NCBI GenBank assembly: GCA_039680605.1
Contig: JBDKTA010000005.1
Location: 5,141-69,140, forward strand
Direction: 5' to 3'
Length of the DNA stretch: 64,000 bases
Origin: Planctomycetaceae bacterium
GTDB taxonomy: Bacteria; Planctomycetota; Phycisphaerae; SM23-33
This document shows positions 29,230-37,744 of the stretch, in pieces. The notes below the pieces were generated by a model. The model had not been told where the DNA came from. It searched no databases and was given only the letters and a program-made list of their open reading frames with translations. How positions within the stretch are numbered: position 1 is the stretch's first letter; each line of letters opens with the position of its first letter. The position numbers were made by a program, and so were the translations under genes.

Positions 29230-29427
29230 TCAGATCTCCACCGGTTCGCAGAGGTTTTCGGCGCTGGCGGCGGCGCGGCCGCACACGTGGCAGATGAACC
29301 GGGCGTCCTTGGAATATTTCGCCACTTCGGTCATCTGCCGGCGGCTGACCAGTTCGCACATGTGGTTCTCGTGTCCGGGATGTTCCTCAACGCCCATGGG
29401 ATTTTGTGTCGGCTGATTCTTCGGCAT
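29230..29427 (-). CDS. Small Cys/His-containing hypothetical protein (65 aa)
   Basis: GGGAGAG RBS 7 nt upstream of the ATG. The composition is coding-like, unlike the surrounding shadow ORFs. Contains CEL...CHVCGR...C. Confidence 0.5.
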   Translation of the reverse strand: MPKNQPTQNPMGVEEHPGHENHMCELVSRRQMTEVAKYSKDARFICHVCGRAAASAENLCEPVEI

Positions 29428-29503
29428 GGTCTCTCCCTTTGTTGCCAGACAGGCGGCACCCTTCGGCCGCGACGTGAAATGATAGCCGGCATGGGGAGAG
29501 AAA

Positions 29504-29553
29504 GTTGTGAGTTGTGAGTTTCTCGCTCACCACTCACAACTCACCACTCACCA
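29504..29553. repeat. Hairpin with tandem-heptamer arms (element b)
   Basis: (GTTGTGA)x2+GTT pairs with (CTCACCA/CTCACAA)x4. Lies immediately downstream of the GH29 stop. Confidence 0.8.
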
Positions 29554-29562
29554 CGATTCTCA

Positions 29563-30876
29563 TCACCAGGCGATCTTGATCACGTCGACATTGTCGCTGC
29601 GCAGGGCGGCGGGCAGATCGATGGTCAATTCGCCGGCCTTGAAGGACGTCTTGAGCTTCTTGCCCGTGGCCAGCATGGTCACGGCAGCGGGTTTTCCGGC
29701 GCCGCTGATGCGCGGGGCATCGCTGAAGTCGGCAGGCACGTGGACGTACCAGACGTTCTGCCCCTGGCGGGTGGTCACGGGCAGGTTGGACTGCTGGGGG
29801 AACGGTCCGCGCCCGGTGCCGAAGACGGATTCCTTATTCTTGTCCATCCAGGCCTTCAGCTCGCCCATGCGGCGGTAGTAGACCTCGGGCAGCTCGCCGT
29901 GGCGGTTGGGGGCCACGTTGAGCAGGTAGTTGCCGCCCCAGCACCGCGTGTGCGTGAAGCGGCTCAGCATGCGGCGCAGCGGCCAGTACGTTTCGTCATG
30001 GTACGTGTAGCCCCACGGACCGATGTTCCAGCGTTCGCACAGTTCCCACCAGTCCGGCGGCGGGACCGAGCCCATGCCGCACTCCCAGGTGTCGAAGTCG
30101 CCGTAACCGTGCATCCGCGGGTCGATCACCATCCCCGGCTGCATCGCCCGCAGTTCGTCCATGGAAATCACGTTAGGTCCGCCGTCGAACCACAGCAGGT
30201 CGACCTTACCGTACCAGGTCAGCAGTTCCTTGATCTGCCCGCGGATATGCGCGGCATTCTTTTCCTTCCATTCCGGCGGCTCGGGCGGAATCTCGCGCGG
30301 CTCGTGGTTCATCCCGCCGGTCTTCTCCGGGTCGCTGGCGCAGCCGAACGACATGTACTCGCGGTTGAAGTAGAAGTCCGGCGGCGAGTAGTACAGCCCG
30401 ACCTTGAGCCCGAGCTTGCGGCAGGCGGCTACGTACGGGGCCACCAGGTCGCGCCCGCCCATGTAGACGCGCGTGCCCATCTCGCCGAACTGGCTGGGCC
30501 AGAGCGTATAGCCGTCGTGGTGCTTGGTCGTCAGCACCGCATAGGTGAAGCCCGCGTCCTTGGCCGCGGCCAGCCACTTCTCCGGATCGTAGTTGTCCGG
30601 GTAGAACTTTTTGGCCAGGGCGTAGTACTCGGCGGGGGTGATCTTGTTGCGATTCTTGAGCCCGCGGTCCCAGGACGTGTTGGCGATCATGCCCCAGGAA
30701 ATATCCGCATCGCCGGCGCAACTGTTGATGCCCCAGTGCATGAACAGGCCCAGACGCCCCTCGCCGAACCACTGCGCGTCGGGGTGCGTGGTGCGCTGAA
30801 ACGTCCCGCCGCCATACTGCTGGGGGATCTGGATGATACGATGCTGTTCGCTGGCGGTACTGCTGTTGGCACACAT
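29563..30876 (-). CDS. Alpha-L-fucosidase, GH29
   Basis: GLFMHWG, KHHDGYTLWPS and LYYSP motifs; about 437 aa. Confidence 0.85.
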   Translation of the reverse strand: MCANSSTASEQHRIIQIPQQYGGGTFQRTTHPDAQWFGEGRLGLFMHWGINSCAGDADISWGMIANTSWDRGLKNRNKITPAEYYALAKKFYPDNYDPEKWLAAAKDAGFTYAVLTTKHHDGYTLWPSQFGEMGTRVYMGGRDLVAPYVAACRKLGLKVGLYYSPPDFYFNREYMSFGCASDPEKTGGMNHEPREIPPEPPEWKEKNAAHIRGQIKELLTWYGKVDLLWFDGGPNVISMDELRAMQPGMVIDPRMHGYGDFDTWECGMGSVPPPDWWELCERWNIGPWGYTYHDETYWPLRRMLSRFTHTRCWGGNYLLNVAPNRHGELPEVYYRRMGELKAWMDKNKESVFGTGRGPFPQQSNLPVTTRQGQNVWYVHVPADFSDAPRISGAGKPAAVTMLATGKKLKTSFKAGELTIDLPAALRSDNVDVIKIAW

Positions 30877-30910
30877 GCGTCTATGTTCTCCAGTTCGCGT
30901 TCGGGGACAG

Positions 30911-31113
30911 GGACGGGGAGAGCGGGATTAAGGGGATTAGAAACGGATTAAGAGGATTGGGAGAAAAGAAACAACCGACGACGAGGACGAGGACGACGAC
31001 GAGGACGATTCATCTGCTTCGGTCGCCCGTTTCCCTGTCTCTAAGCTCTTAATCCTCTTAATCCTTTTAATCCGCGTAATCCCGCACTCCCCGTCTTCTT
31101 TTCTTTCCAATCC
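30911..31113. repeat. Compound inverted repeat with (GGATTAA)n/(TTAATCC)n arms and a GAC/GAG triplet-repeat core (element c)
   Basis: 30911-30954 is complementary to 31054-31095, and 30955-30971 is complementary to 31096-31113. The core 30961-31007 recurs inverted at 48641-48679. Confidence 0.8.
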
Positions 31114-31133
31114 TCTTAATCACACACCACTCA

Positions 31134-31802
31134 TCACTCGCTGAACGGCCCACGCTGCAGGCCGTGAACGTCTACCATGCCCTGGCGGGCCCAGCGGATC
31201 CAACTTTCAATCTCGTCGCCCGGCGGGGCCAGGCGGCGGTAGTCGGCCTCCATCGCGTCCAGGTCGTACGCCACGCGGTGGAAGCTGAAGCGGCCGTCCT
31301 GCATCAGCATGCACTGCGCTCGCGGATCGCCGTCGCGCGGCTGACCGACCGTCCCGACATTCACCAGCGTCTTGCCGCCCGACTCGACGAGCATAGCCGT
31401 ATGCGAGTGGCCGCACAAGACCACGTCCTGTTCGATCGACGCCAGCAGCGTATCAAACACCGCCTGGGCCGTCGCGGCGGTGAAATATGCCTTCTGCCCC
31501 GGAACGTCGTGCGTGAGCAGATACCGCGTGCCGTTGAGCGCGATTTCCATCTGCGCCGGCAGGGCCGCCAGATATGCCTGTTCGCCGGCTGTGATCGACC
31601 CGCCGTAACACTGCAGATCGTGGTTGCCGCGGATGATCTTGCTGCAGCGCCGCCGAACCAGCTCAAGACACTGGCTGGGCTGCCAGCCGTACGAAATCAC
31701 GTCGCCCAGAAACCAGGTTTCGTCCACGTCGGCAAAGGCGTCGAGGACGGCCCGGAGGGCGTGGTAGTTGGCGTGGATGTCGGCGATCAGGAGGATCTTC
31801 AT
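31134..31802 (-). CDS. Metallophosphoesterase (YfcE/MJ0936-like)
   Basis: MKILLIADIHAN, GDVISYG, GNHD and GHSH motifs. Start at ATG 31802. Confidence 0.8.
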   Translation of the reverse strand: MKILLIADIHANYHALRAVLDAFADVDETWFLGDVISYGWQPSQCLELVRRRCSKIIRGNHDLQCYGGSITAGEQAYLAALPAQMEIALNGTRYLLTHDVPGQKAYFTAATAQAVFDTLLASIEQDVVLCGHSHTAMLVESGGKTLVNVGTVGQPRDGDPRAQCMLMQDGRFSFHRVAYDLDAMEADYRRLAPPGDEIESWIRWARQGMVDVHGLQRGPFSE

Positions 31803-31813
31803 GGCTCGTGTTT

Positions 31814-31923
31814 GCGACACAAAGACACAGAGAAAACGGAAGGTGGGGTGGAAGGAGCGAGGGCTTTCTCTGTGTGTCCTGTCGTCTTTCTCTATCTCTG
31901 TTTTCTCTGCGTTTCTGTGTCGC
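31814..31923. repeat. Inverted repeat (element d)
   Basis: GCGACACAAAGACACAGAGAAAACGGA pairs with TCTGTTTTCTCTGCGTTTCTGTGTCGC. An internal alternative partner CTTTCTCTGTGTGTC lies at 31865-31879. The right arm overlaps the last ~10 codons of the esterase gene. Confidence 0.75.
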
Positions 31924-32794
31924 CTGTCTTGCTTTGGAAGTACTCCAACTGCCTGGGCAGGTTTTCCGCCCAGAACTGGGCGTTGTGTTTACCCGCAAGC
32001 ACCTGCCACTGGTGCGGCACCGACGCGGCCTCCAGGGCGGCGTGGGCGGCGTTGTTTTCTTTTTCGAACAGGCCGTCCTGCTGCCCGCACAGCAGCGAGA
32101 GCACCAGGCCCTTGCGCTTGGCCAGTTCCGCGATCTGCTGCTGCGCAAACAGCGCCGGGCGACCGCCGGCCGGACCCATCGCCGCCGTCAGCCCCCACGT
32201 GCGGTCGATCTTGCCTCTCCATCGCGCCGGCGTGATGCAGGCGCTGAGCCCGCCGACAGCCGAGAACAGTTCCGGATGCCCCAGCCCGATCCGCAGAGCG
32301 CCCCACCCGCCCATCGAGTTGCCGCTGATCCAGTGCCCGCCGTCGCTGATGCGATAGCCCTGCTTTTTCAGCGAGGCAATGAGCTCCCCGGTCACGAACG
32401 TCTCGGCAAAGTTCGTCCCGCCATAGTCGACCCACCACGAATTGGCTCCGGCCGTGGCGGCGATGATGATTCGCTGATACTTGTCCGCCAGCGGCGCCAG
32501 CGGGAGCATCTTGGGCCAGTCGGTGTGATCGCCCCCGACGCCGTGCAGCAGCACGATAAGGCCGTACGCCTTGGCGCTCTTGGCATATTCTGACGGCAAG
32601 ACCACTGTAGCCGAAAAGTCCTTCTTGAACGAGTCGCTGTGGATCGTGACGACGCGGGAGGCGTCACTTTGGAGTGCGGCAGCCTCAGATGCCGCTTTGG
32701 AAGTTGTTGGGAATCGAGAAACTCCCAAAGCGGCAGCTAAGGCTGCCGCACTCCATAGAGTCGCACTCCAGAAGGCTCGCCGCGCGCCGGCCAT
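31892..32794 (-). CDS. Esterase (putative esterase / esterase D family, alpha/beta hydrolase)
   Basis: LLHGVGGDHTDW and GNSMGGWGAL (GxSxG) motifs. ATG 32794 overlaps the AraC stop (TGATG) and is preceded by a GAGGAGG RBS. A REP2 palindrome lies inside codons ~14-42. Confidence 0.75.
   Translation of the reverse strand: MAGARRAFWSATLWSAAALAAALGVSRFPTTSKAASEAAALQSDASRVVTIHSDSFKKDFSATVVLPSEYAKSAKAYGLIVLLHGVGGDHTDWPKMLPLAPLADKYQRIIIAATAGANSWWVDYGGTNFAETFVTGELIASLKKQGYRISDGGHWISGNSMGGWGALRIGLGHPELFSAVGGLSACITPARWRGKIDRTWGLTAAMGPAGGRPALFAQQQIAELAKRKGLVLSLLCGQQDGLFEKENNAAHAALEAASVPHQWQVLAGKHNAQFWAENLPRQLEYFQSKTGDTETQRKQR
32670..32755. repeat. REP2 nested palindrome, copy 1 (inside the esterase CDS)
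   Basis: TGGAGTGCGGCAGCC...GCCGCTTTGG...CCAAAGCGGC...GGCTGCCGCACTCCA. The right 33 nt are identical to the copy at 46280-46374. Confidence 0.85.
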
Positions 32795-33696
32795 CAGCTT
32801 ACCTCCTCGGCCTGCCTGAGCCGCACGATCTGCGTGCAATCCTGGCGGGTCTTGCGAAAGGCCGTCGGGCTCAGCCCGTGTCGTTCCTTGAAGGCGTTGC
32901 TGAAGGCAAACGGCGAATCGTAGCCGACCAGCTTGGCGACGGTCTCGACGGAATGGTCGCGGGCCATCAGCAGATTGGCCGCGCGGCGCATCCGCAGATA
33001 GGCCAGGTACGCCTGGGGATACGTGCCGGTCTCTTCGTGGCACAACCGCCCCAGGTGGCGCTCGGAGACGTTGATGAATTCCGCCATCCGCTCGACGGTC
33101 CAGGGCTGACCGACGTCGGCCTCGATGGCGGCCCAGAGTTCGCCCAGCCGGCGAGGCTTGGGCGGGCTGTGGATCAGGCAGCGGCTTTCGGCGTCGATCA
33201 GGGCGACCATGTGCTCCAGCACGCTGGTGTCCGCCCTCACCGACAACTCGCGGAAGAGGTTCTCGACGGCCATGTGCAGCCCGGTCACGTCGGCGGGATA
33301 CAGCGTGGGGGTGGGCATGCTTTCGAGCATGTTCTCGTCGGCGCCCTGGGAATACATCACCGCGCAGAGCTGCCAGCGGTATCCCTTGAGCCCGCGGACG
33401 GCCACTTCACATCCGGGGCGGCAGACGAAGACGGTGTTCTTCTCGGCCACCTGCCACTGCCCGTCGATGTAGAAGCGCCCGCGACCGCCGAAGGTGACGA
33501 TCACCTGCGCGCAGGGATGGCTGCGGGCGTACGACCAGCAGTCGGGGGTCCAGACGTGCTGGCCGACAAAGGTGATCGCCGGACGCTGCAGATGCACCAG
33601 TTCCGAGCAGTGGATCGCCCGATCACTGGCGCCGCGCCCGACATAGTGCCCTTCGAGCCAACTGAACTCCATCGGCTTCTTTGTTGTCTTAGCCAT
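32794..33696 (-). CDS. AraC family transcriptional regulator (cupin-like N-domain plus HTH)
   Basis: C-terminal HTH_AraC signature (VSERHLGRLCHEETG...VGYDSPFAFSNAFKERHGLSPTAFR). Confidence 0.85.
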   Translation of the reverse strand: MAKTTKKPMEFSWLEGHYVGRGASDRAIHCSELVHLQRPAITFVGQHVWTPDCWSYARSHPCAQVIVTFGGRGRFYIDGQWQVAEKNTVFVCRPGCEVAVRGLKGYRWQLCAVMYSQGADENMLESMPTPTLYPADVTGLHMAVENLFRELSVRADTSVLEHMVALIDAESRCLIHSPPKPRRLGELWAAIEADVGQPWTVERMAEFINVSERHLGRLCHEETGTYPQAYLAYLRMRRAANLLMARDHSVETVAKLVGYDSPFAFSNAFKERHGLSPTAFRKTRQDCTQIVRLRQAEEVS

Positions 33697-33831
33697 GATT
33701 TTTGCCGTGATTAGAGGGGATGTTTCTTGCCGTGATCCGCGATTATATCGTCGCCCTGCGAAAGATACCAGTAGCGCGTAATCTGTAACCCGTAATCAGT
33801 CGGAGCAGCCCGGACCGTTTACCGATCCCGA

Positions 33832-34839
33832 TTACTTAGTGCTGCGATAGTGCGCCGGGCTCATCCCCCGATGGCGCTTGAAGGCCTTGGAGAACGCGAA
33901 CGCGTCTTCGTACCCGACCATGCGAGCGACGTGGTCGATGGTGTGATCGCCGTCGAGCAGTCCAACCGCCCGGTTCATTCGCAGCCTCGTCACGTAGTGC
34001 ATGGGACTGGTGAGGGCTTCCTGGCGGCAAAGCAACCACAGGTGGTGTTCGGACATGTTAGCCAGCCCCGCCAGGTCGGCCATCGTCCACGCCCGTGCCA
34101 GGTCGGCCTCGACCTGCTGCCACAGACCCGTCAGGCGCAGCGGCGGACCGGGGTCGCCGATCAGGCGCCGCGCCTGCGCGTCGATCAGCGTCAACCAGGC
34201 ATCCATCACGTCGCCGCTGGCGGGGCCGACAAACTCGCGGTGCAGACCCTGGATGGCCGACCGTAGCGGTTCAGCCTCGGCGTGAACAATTCCCGCCGCC
34301 GGAACCTGCGACAGAAACGCCGCCCGGTGCTCAGGATAGTACAGCACGATAGCCTGGTGCCAGCGATGATTCGGCCGGCCGCGCTGACCGGCGGCCTGTC
34401 CGGGGCGGCCCAGAAAGACGTCATTGGTCTTCATCGTCCGCCATTGTCCGTCGATCCAGCGCTGCCCCTGGCCGCCGAAGGTCGCCAGGATGTCATAACA
34501 CGTCGTGGCGGAGATGTCGGCAAAGTCGCTGCTGTAGTCTGCCAGGGCTAACCAGTAGATGCCCCAGCGGTTCTTCATGATGGGCAATTGGGAACTATGC
34601 ACGGAGACGACGCGAGTCGACTCGCCCGGTACCAGGCAGTCCGGCCCCGGTCCGCTTACATCATTCTTGGACATGTTACCTCGCAGTCCGTTCGCAACCG
34701 CAACGCGCGTGGCGATAATAAGCTCTTGTTCTCCATACTGAAAGAACAATCCGTCTAGGCGCGGCCAGAGTGGCACCGACATCAAGCCGCGGATCGTGCT
34801 AATATCATTTTCAGACATGAACTCGTCAGTTTCAACCAT
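33832..34839 (-). CDS. AraC family transcriptional regulator
   Basis: MSEHHLWLLCRQEALTSPMHYV...VGYEDAFAFSKAFKRHRGMSPAHYR. Confidence 0.8.
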   Translation of the reverse strand: MVETDEFMSENDISTIRGLMSVPLWPRLDGLFFQYGEQELIIATRVAVANGLRGNMSKNDVSGPGPDCLVPGESTRVVSVHSSQLPIMKNRWGIYWLALADYSSDFADISATTCYDILATFGGQGQRWIDGQWRTMKTNDVFLGRPGQAAGQRGRPNHRWHQAIVLYYPEHRAAFLSQVPAAGIVHAEAEPLRSAIQGLHREFVGPASGDVMDAWLTLIDAQARRLIGDPGPPLRLTGLWQQVEADLARAWTMADLAGLANMSEHHLWLLCRQEALTSPMHYVTRLRMNRAVGLLDGDHTIDHVARMVGYEDAFAFSKAFKRHRGMSPAHYRSTK

Positions 34840-35184
34840 TCCACTTTTTGGCCGTTTGGCGTATCTTTTGTCTCGTTCAAGCGGCCCCGGGGAGAAACTG
34901 GGACGGCTTGACGCCTTTTTTTGATCTGAGTTCGTTCCGGTCAGTCTTCAGGAAGATTACGCTGCCCAACAGAGGGGGCAGCGTCTATCCAGCATCTGCA
35001 CGGAGCAGTCCTGGCGCGCCGCCAAAGCCGCCTTGACGAATCTGGGATTCGGCCGCGGCCGAAGAAAGGAGATCATCGCAAGTCGCGTTGCGGGAACCTT
35101 AGAGGAAGGTTCACAACGGAGCATAGGAAGGCAGGGATGCCTCAGGAGAATCGGCAAACCAACTTTTACGCACAGGAGAATCAC

Positions 35185-35919
35185 GTGAAACGCACCATTA
35201 CAGCAGTTCTGGCACTGGGGCTTATCATGACTCTGGCCGGCGTCGCACAGGCGGCAGTCGGCGACATCCTCAGCTCCGCGGGGTGGACGACCCGCGAAGG
35301 AGTCACATCCGGATGGCCCTCCAATACGGGCATTAAGGCCATCAACGGCGATGGGCTCAACGGCCTGTATCACGACCCGGGGATCTATGACAACTGGGGT
35401 CCGGTCTGGTTCACTCAGATCAATGAGGGCAACCAGTGGATCAATACGTTCTCACCGGGACGAATTTGGTTGATGGTGGACATGCAGGAAGTCCAGACCA
35501 TCGGCACGATCAACGTCTGGAACTTCGGCGATCCGGCCAGCCACCCCGCGGGCTTCAACCTCGGCGCCAAGAACGTGGACATCTACTACGCCGGCGATGG
35601 CGCGACTCTTCCGACCGCCGGAGCGTACCTCGCGCTGGACGGGACGTGGACCACCCTGATGAATGTGGACCTGAACCCCGCGCCAACGAACGGGGCGCCC
35701 TCCCTCATGAGCGACTCCCTCGACGTGACCGACTTCGACGCCCGGTATGTGATCTTCGCGATCAACAGCCGCTTCGGGTCCAACGACTACAGCGAAAACA
35801 GCGTCGCCATCGCCGAGATCCAGTTCCTCCAAGGCGCCGTCGGCGACATCCCCGAGCCGGCGACCATGAGCCTGCTGGCCATCGGCTCCCTGGCGGCGGT
35901 GATCCGCCGTCGCAGGTGA
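35185..35919 (+). CDS. Secreted F5/8-type-C (discoidin)-like domain protein with PEP-CTERM signal
   Basis: GTG 35185 follows an AGGAG RBS. Signal peptide VKRTITAVLALGLIMTLAGVAQA; IAEIQF-type domain end; C-terminal IPEPATMSLLAIGSLAAVIRRRR. Confidence 0.7.
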   Translation: MKRTITAVLALGLIMTLAGVAQAAVGDILSSAGWTTREGVTSGWPSNTGIKAINGDGLNGLYHDPGIYDNWGPVWFTQINEGNQWINTFSPGRIWLMVDMQEVQTIGTINVWNFGDPASHPAGFNLGAKNVDIYYAGDGATLPTAGAYLALDGTWTTLMNVDLNPAPTNGAPSLMSDSLDVTDFDARYVIFAINSRFGSNDYSENSVAIAEIQFLQGAVGDIPEPATMSLLAIGSLAAVIRRRR

Positions 35920-35976
35920 CGGACCGGCAGCGATGCCTTTTGGGGGCTCTGGGCCCAGCCCCATAGCCGCATCGCT

Positions 35977-36101
35977 GGGTGCCGTGGCGACCGGCTGCAA
36001 GGCGCCCGCCACGATCCCCGACGCCGGTGTGGCATTTTGTAAACCTTGGAGTTCAGGGAGCGTGGCTCTCCGGGCCTGCGGGCCTGCGGGCCACGGCACC
36101 C
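35977..36101. repeat. REP1 compound palindrome, copy D (more degenerate)
   Basis: Outer stem GGGTGCCGTGGC/GCCACGGCACCC; inner CCACGATCC...GAGCGTGG; GGCC-TGCG-GGCC. Lies between convergent genes. Confidence 0.75.
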
Positions 36102-36121
36102 ACCCATTCGCGGCGCAGCCT

Positions 36122-37597
36122 TTATTTTCGCGGCTCGAACGTGCGCTCGTCGATCACGTTGCCGTTGAGGTCGTAGGTTTTCATCTCGCACTTGTCGGCC
36201 GTCACCTCAAAGATGCAGTAGCACAGGCTGGCGTAGAACTTTTTGGAGTACGGGTTGTATTTCTCCGGATTCCTCGCCTGCCCGCGCAGCGGCGCGCCGG
36301 CGGCCCCGCTGGTGATCGAGGTGATGCCCTTGTCAGCGGGCAGTTCGCTGCGCTCGTAGTTGTGGTCGTGCCCGACGATCATGGCGGTGGCTTTGTACTT
36401 GGCCAGCAGCGGCAGGATGACGTTGCGGCTGGCCAGCATGGGCACTTCCGGGTACTTGGCGTGCGACCCGCTTGTCCATCCGGGGTAGTGCGACATCAGG
36501 AAGATAAACTTGGCCTTGGAGTCCTTCAGCACGCCCTCGAGCCACTTGGTATTGTCGTTGTCCGCCGTCCAGGCCTGCGTGCCGTCGATGCCGATCAGCA
36601 GCGTCTGTCCGATCTGCTGGTGCCAGTTCTTGGCCCGCCCGTCGCCGCCGGGGGTGTAGAACAATTCCGGATACGCCGGGCAGTTGTTCTCGTGGTTGCC
36701 GATCACCGGGTACGTCGGCACGAACGTCATGAGGTTCTTGGCCGGAGCGAAAAACTCGCGGTCCCAGATCTCATCGCTGCCGCCGCTGGTGACCATGTCG
36801 CCGCTGAAGAGCATCAGGTCGGGCTTGGACTTGGCGATCGCACCCGCCACGGCCGCCCAACGCTCCACGTGCGTACGGCAGTCGCCGGTGGCGGCAAAGC
36901 GGAAGCTCTGCCCGTCGCTGGCCGGAACGGTCACGGTGAACGGACCAGCCGACGCGGACGCCTTGCCCGACGTCGCCACGGCGGTATACGTGAAGCTCTT
37001 GGTCCCGGCCGCCAGCGGAATCTGCAGGCGGTGATAGAACCCGCGCTGGCTCGAGGCGGTCGTCTCCTTGCCCGCGTCGCTCTTGGCCGTCACGGTGACA
37101 ACGGCCGACAGCGTCGTGCGGCAGATCACCGTGAACGAGTCGGGGCTGATCGCCCCCAGCGCCGGACCGGTGCGGATCGCCATCGCCTCGGGCGCCAGCA
37201 GTTCCACGCGCGCTGCGATCTTGGCCGCGTCGGTCTTGGCGTCGCCCGCGGCCGTCACCACGATCACGTTCTCGCCCTTGACGAGGTACTTGGCCGGATC
37301 GAGGGGAATGGCCGCGTACGAGATCTTGGCGATGGGCCCCTCGACAAGCTTTCCGTTGATCGTGCAGGTCTTCTGCCCTGCCCCCGGCGCCACCGCCAGG
37401 CCGCCCACGGCAGAGAGGTCCGCCACGGTGAACACCGCCTTGGCCGTCACGGTGCCCGCCTCGCCGGCGGCCGTCGTCCAGGCAGCGCCGGTCAGGACGT
37501 TCTTGGCATCCCCCGACTGACCCTGCGCGGCGGCAGCCAGCATGACGACAGTGATAACAGAGCAGATAAACCACGACAGGGGCTTGTGCATGATCAT
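36122..37597 (-). CDS. Secreted calcineurin-like metallophosphoesterase (purple-acid-phosphatase-like) with N-terminal beta-sandwich region
   Basis: Signal peptide. GDCRTH, SGDMV, GNHEN and GHDHNYER motifs. Confidence 0.8.
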   Translation of the reverse strand: MIMHKPLSWFICSVITVVMLAAAAQGQSGDAKNVLTGAAWTTAAGEAGTVTAKAVFTVADLSAVGGLAVAPGAGQKTCTINGKLVEGPIAKISYAAIPLDPAKYLVKGENVIVVTAAGDAKTDAAKIAARVELLAPEAMAIRTGPALGAISPDSFTVICRTTLSAVVTVTAKSDAGKETTASSQRGFYHRLQIPLAAGTKSFTYTAVATSGKASASAGPFTVTVPASDGQSFRFAATGDCRTHVERWAAVAGAIAKSKPDLMLFSGDMVTSGGSDEIWDREFFAPAKNLMTFVPTYPVIGNHENNCPAYPELFYTPGGDGRAKNWHQQIGQTLLIGIDGTQAWTADNDNTKWLEGVLKDSKAKFIFLMSHYPGWTSGSHAKYPEVPMLASRNVILPLLAKYKATAMIVGHDHNYERSELPADKGITSITSGAAGAPLRGQARNPEKYNPYSKKFYASLCYCIFEVTADKCEMKTYDLNGNVIDERTFEPRK

Positions 37598-37744
37598 GAC
37601 GGAGTCTTCCTTTCGCGTGCGGGGGAATCTTGTCGCAACCTACGATACCAAAATCGCAGTTCGCGAAAAACCCTATCTGCCGCTTGCGGCGTAGCAGTTG
37701 TTCGGTGAGCAGAGAAACTGCCAAGCCGCAAGCGGCAAAGATCG

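Noticed and set aside
32795-33043. 83-aa N-terminal extension of the esterase ORF
   Set aside because: It overlaps the AraC gene. ATG 32794, with a GAGGAGG RBS, is a far better start.
35933-37708. 591-aa plus-strand ORF
   Set aside because: It is antisense to the metallophosphoesterase gene, which has all the catalytic motifs. It also runs through REP1-D.
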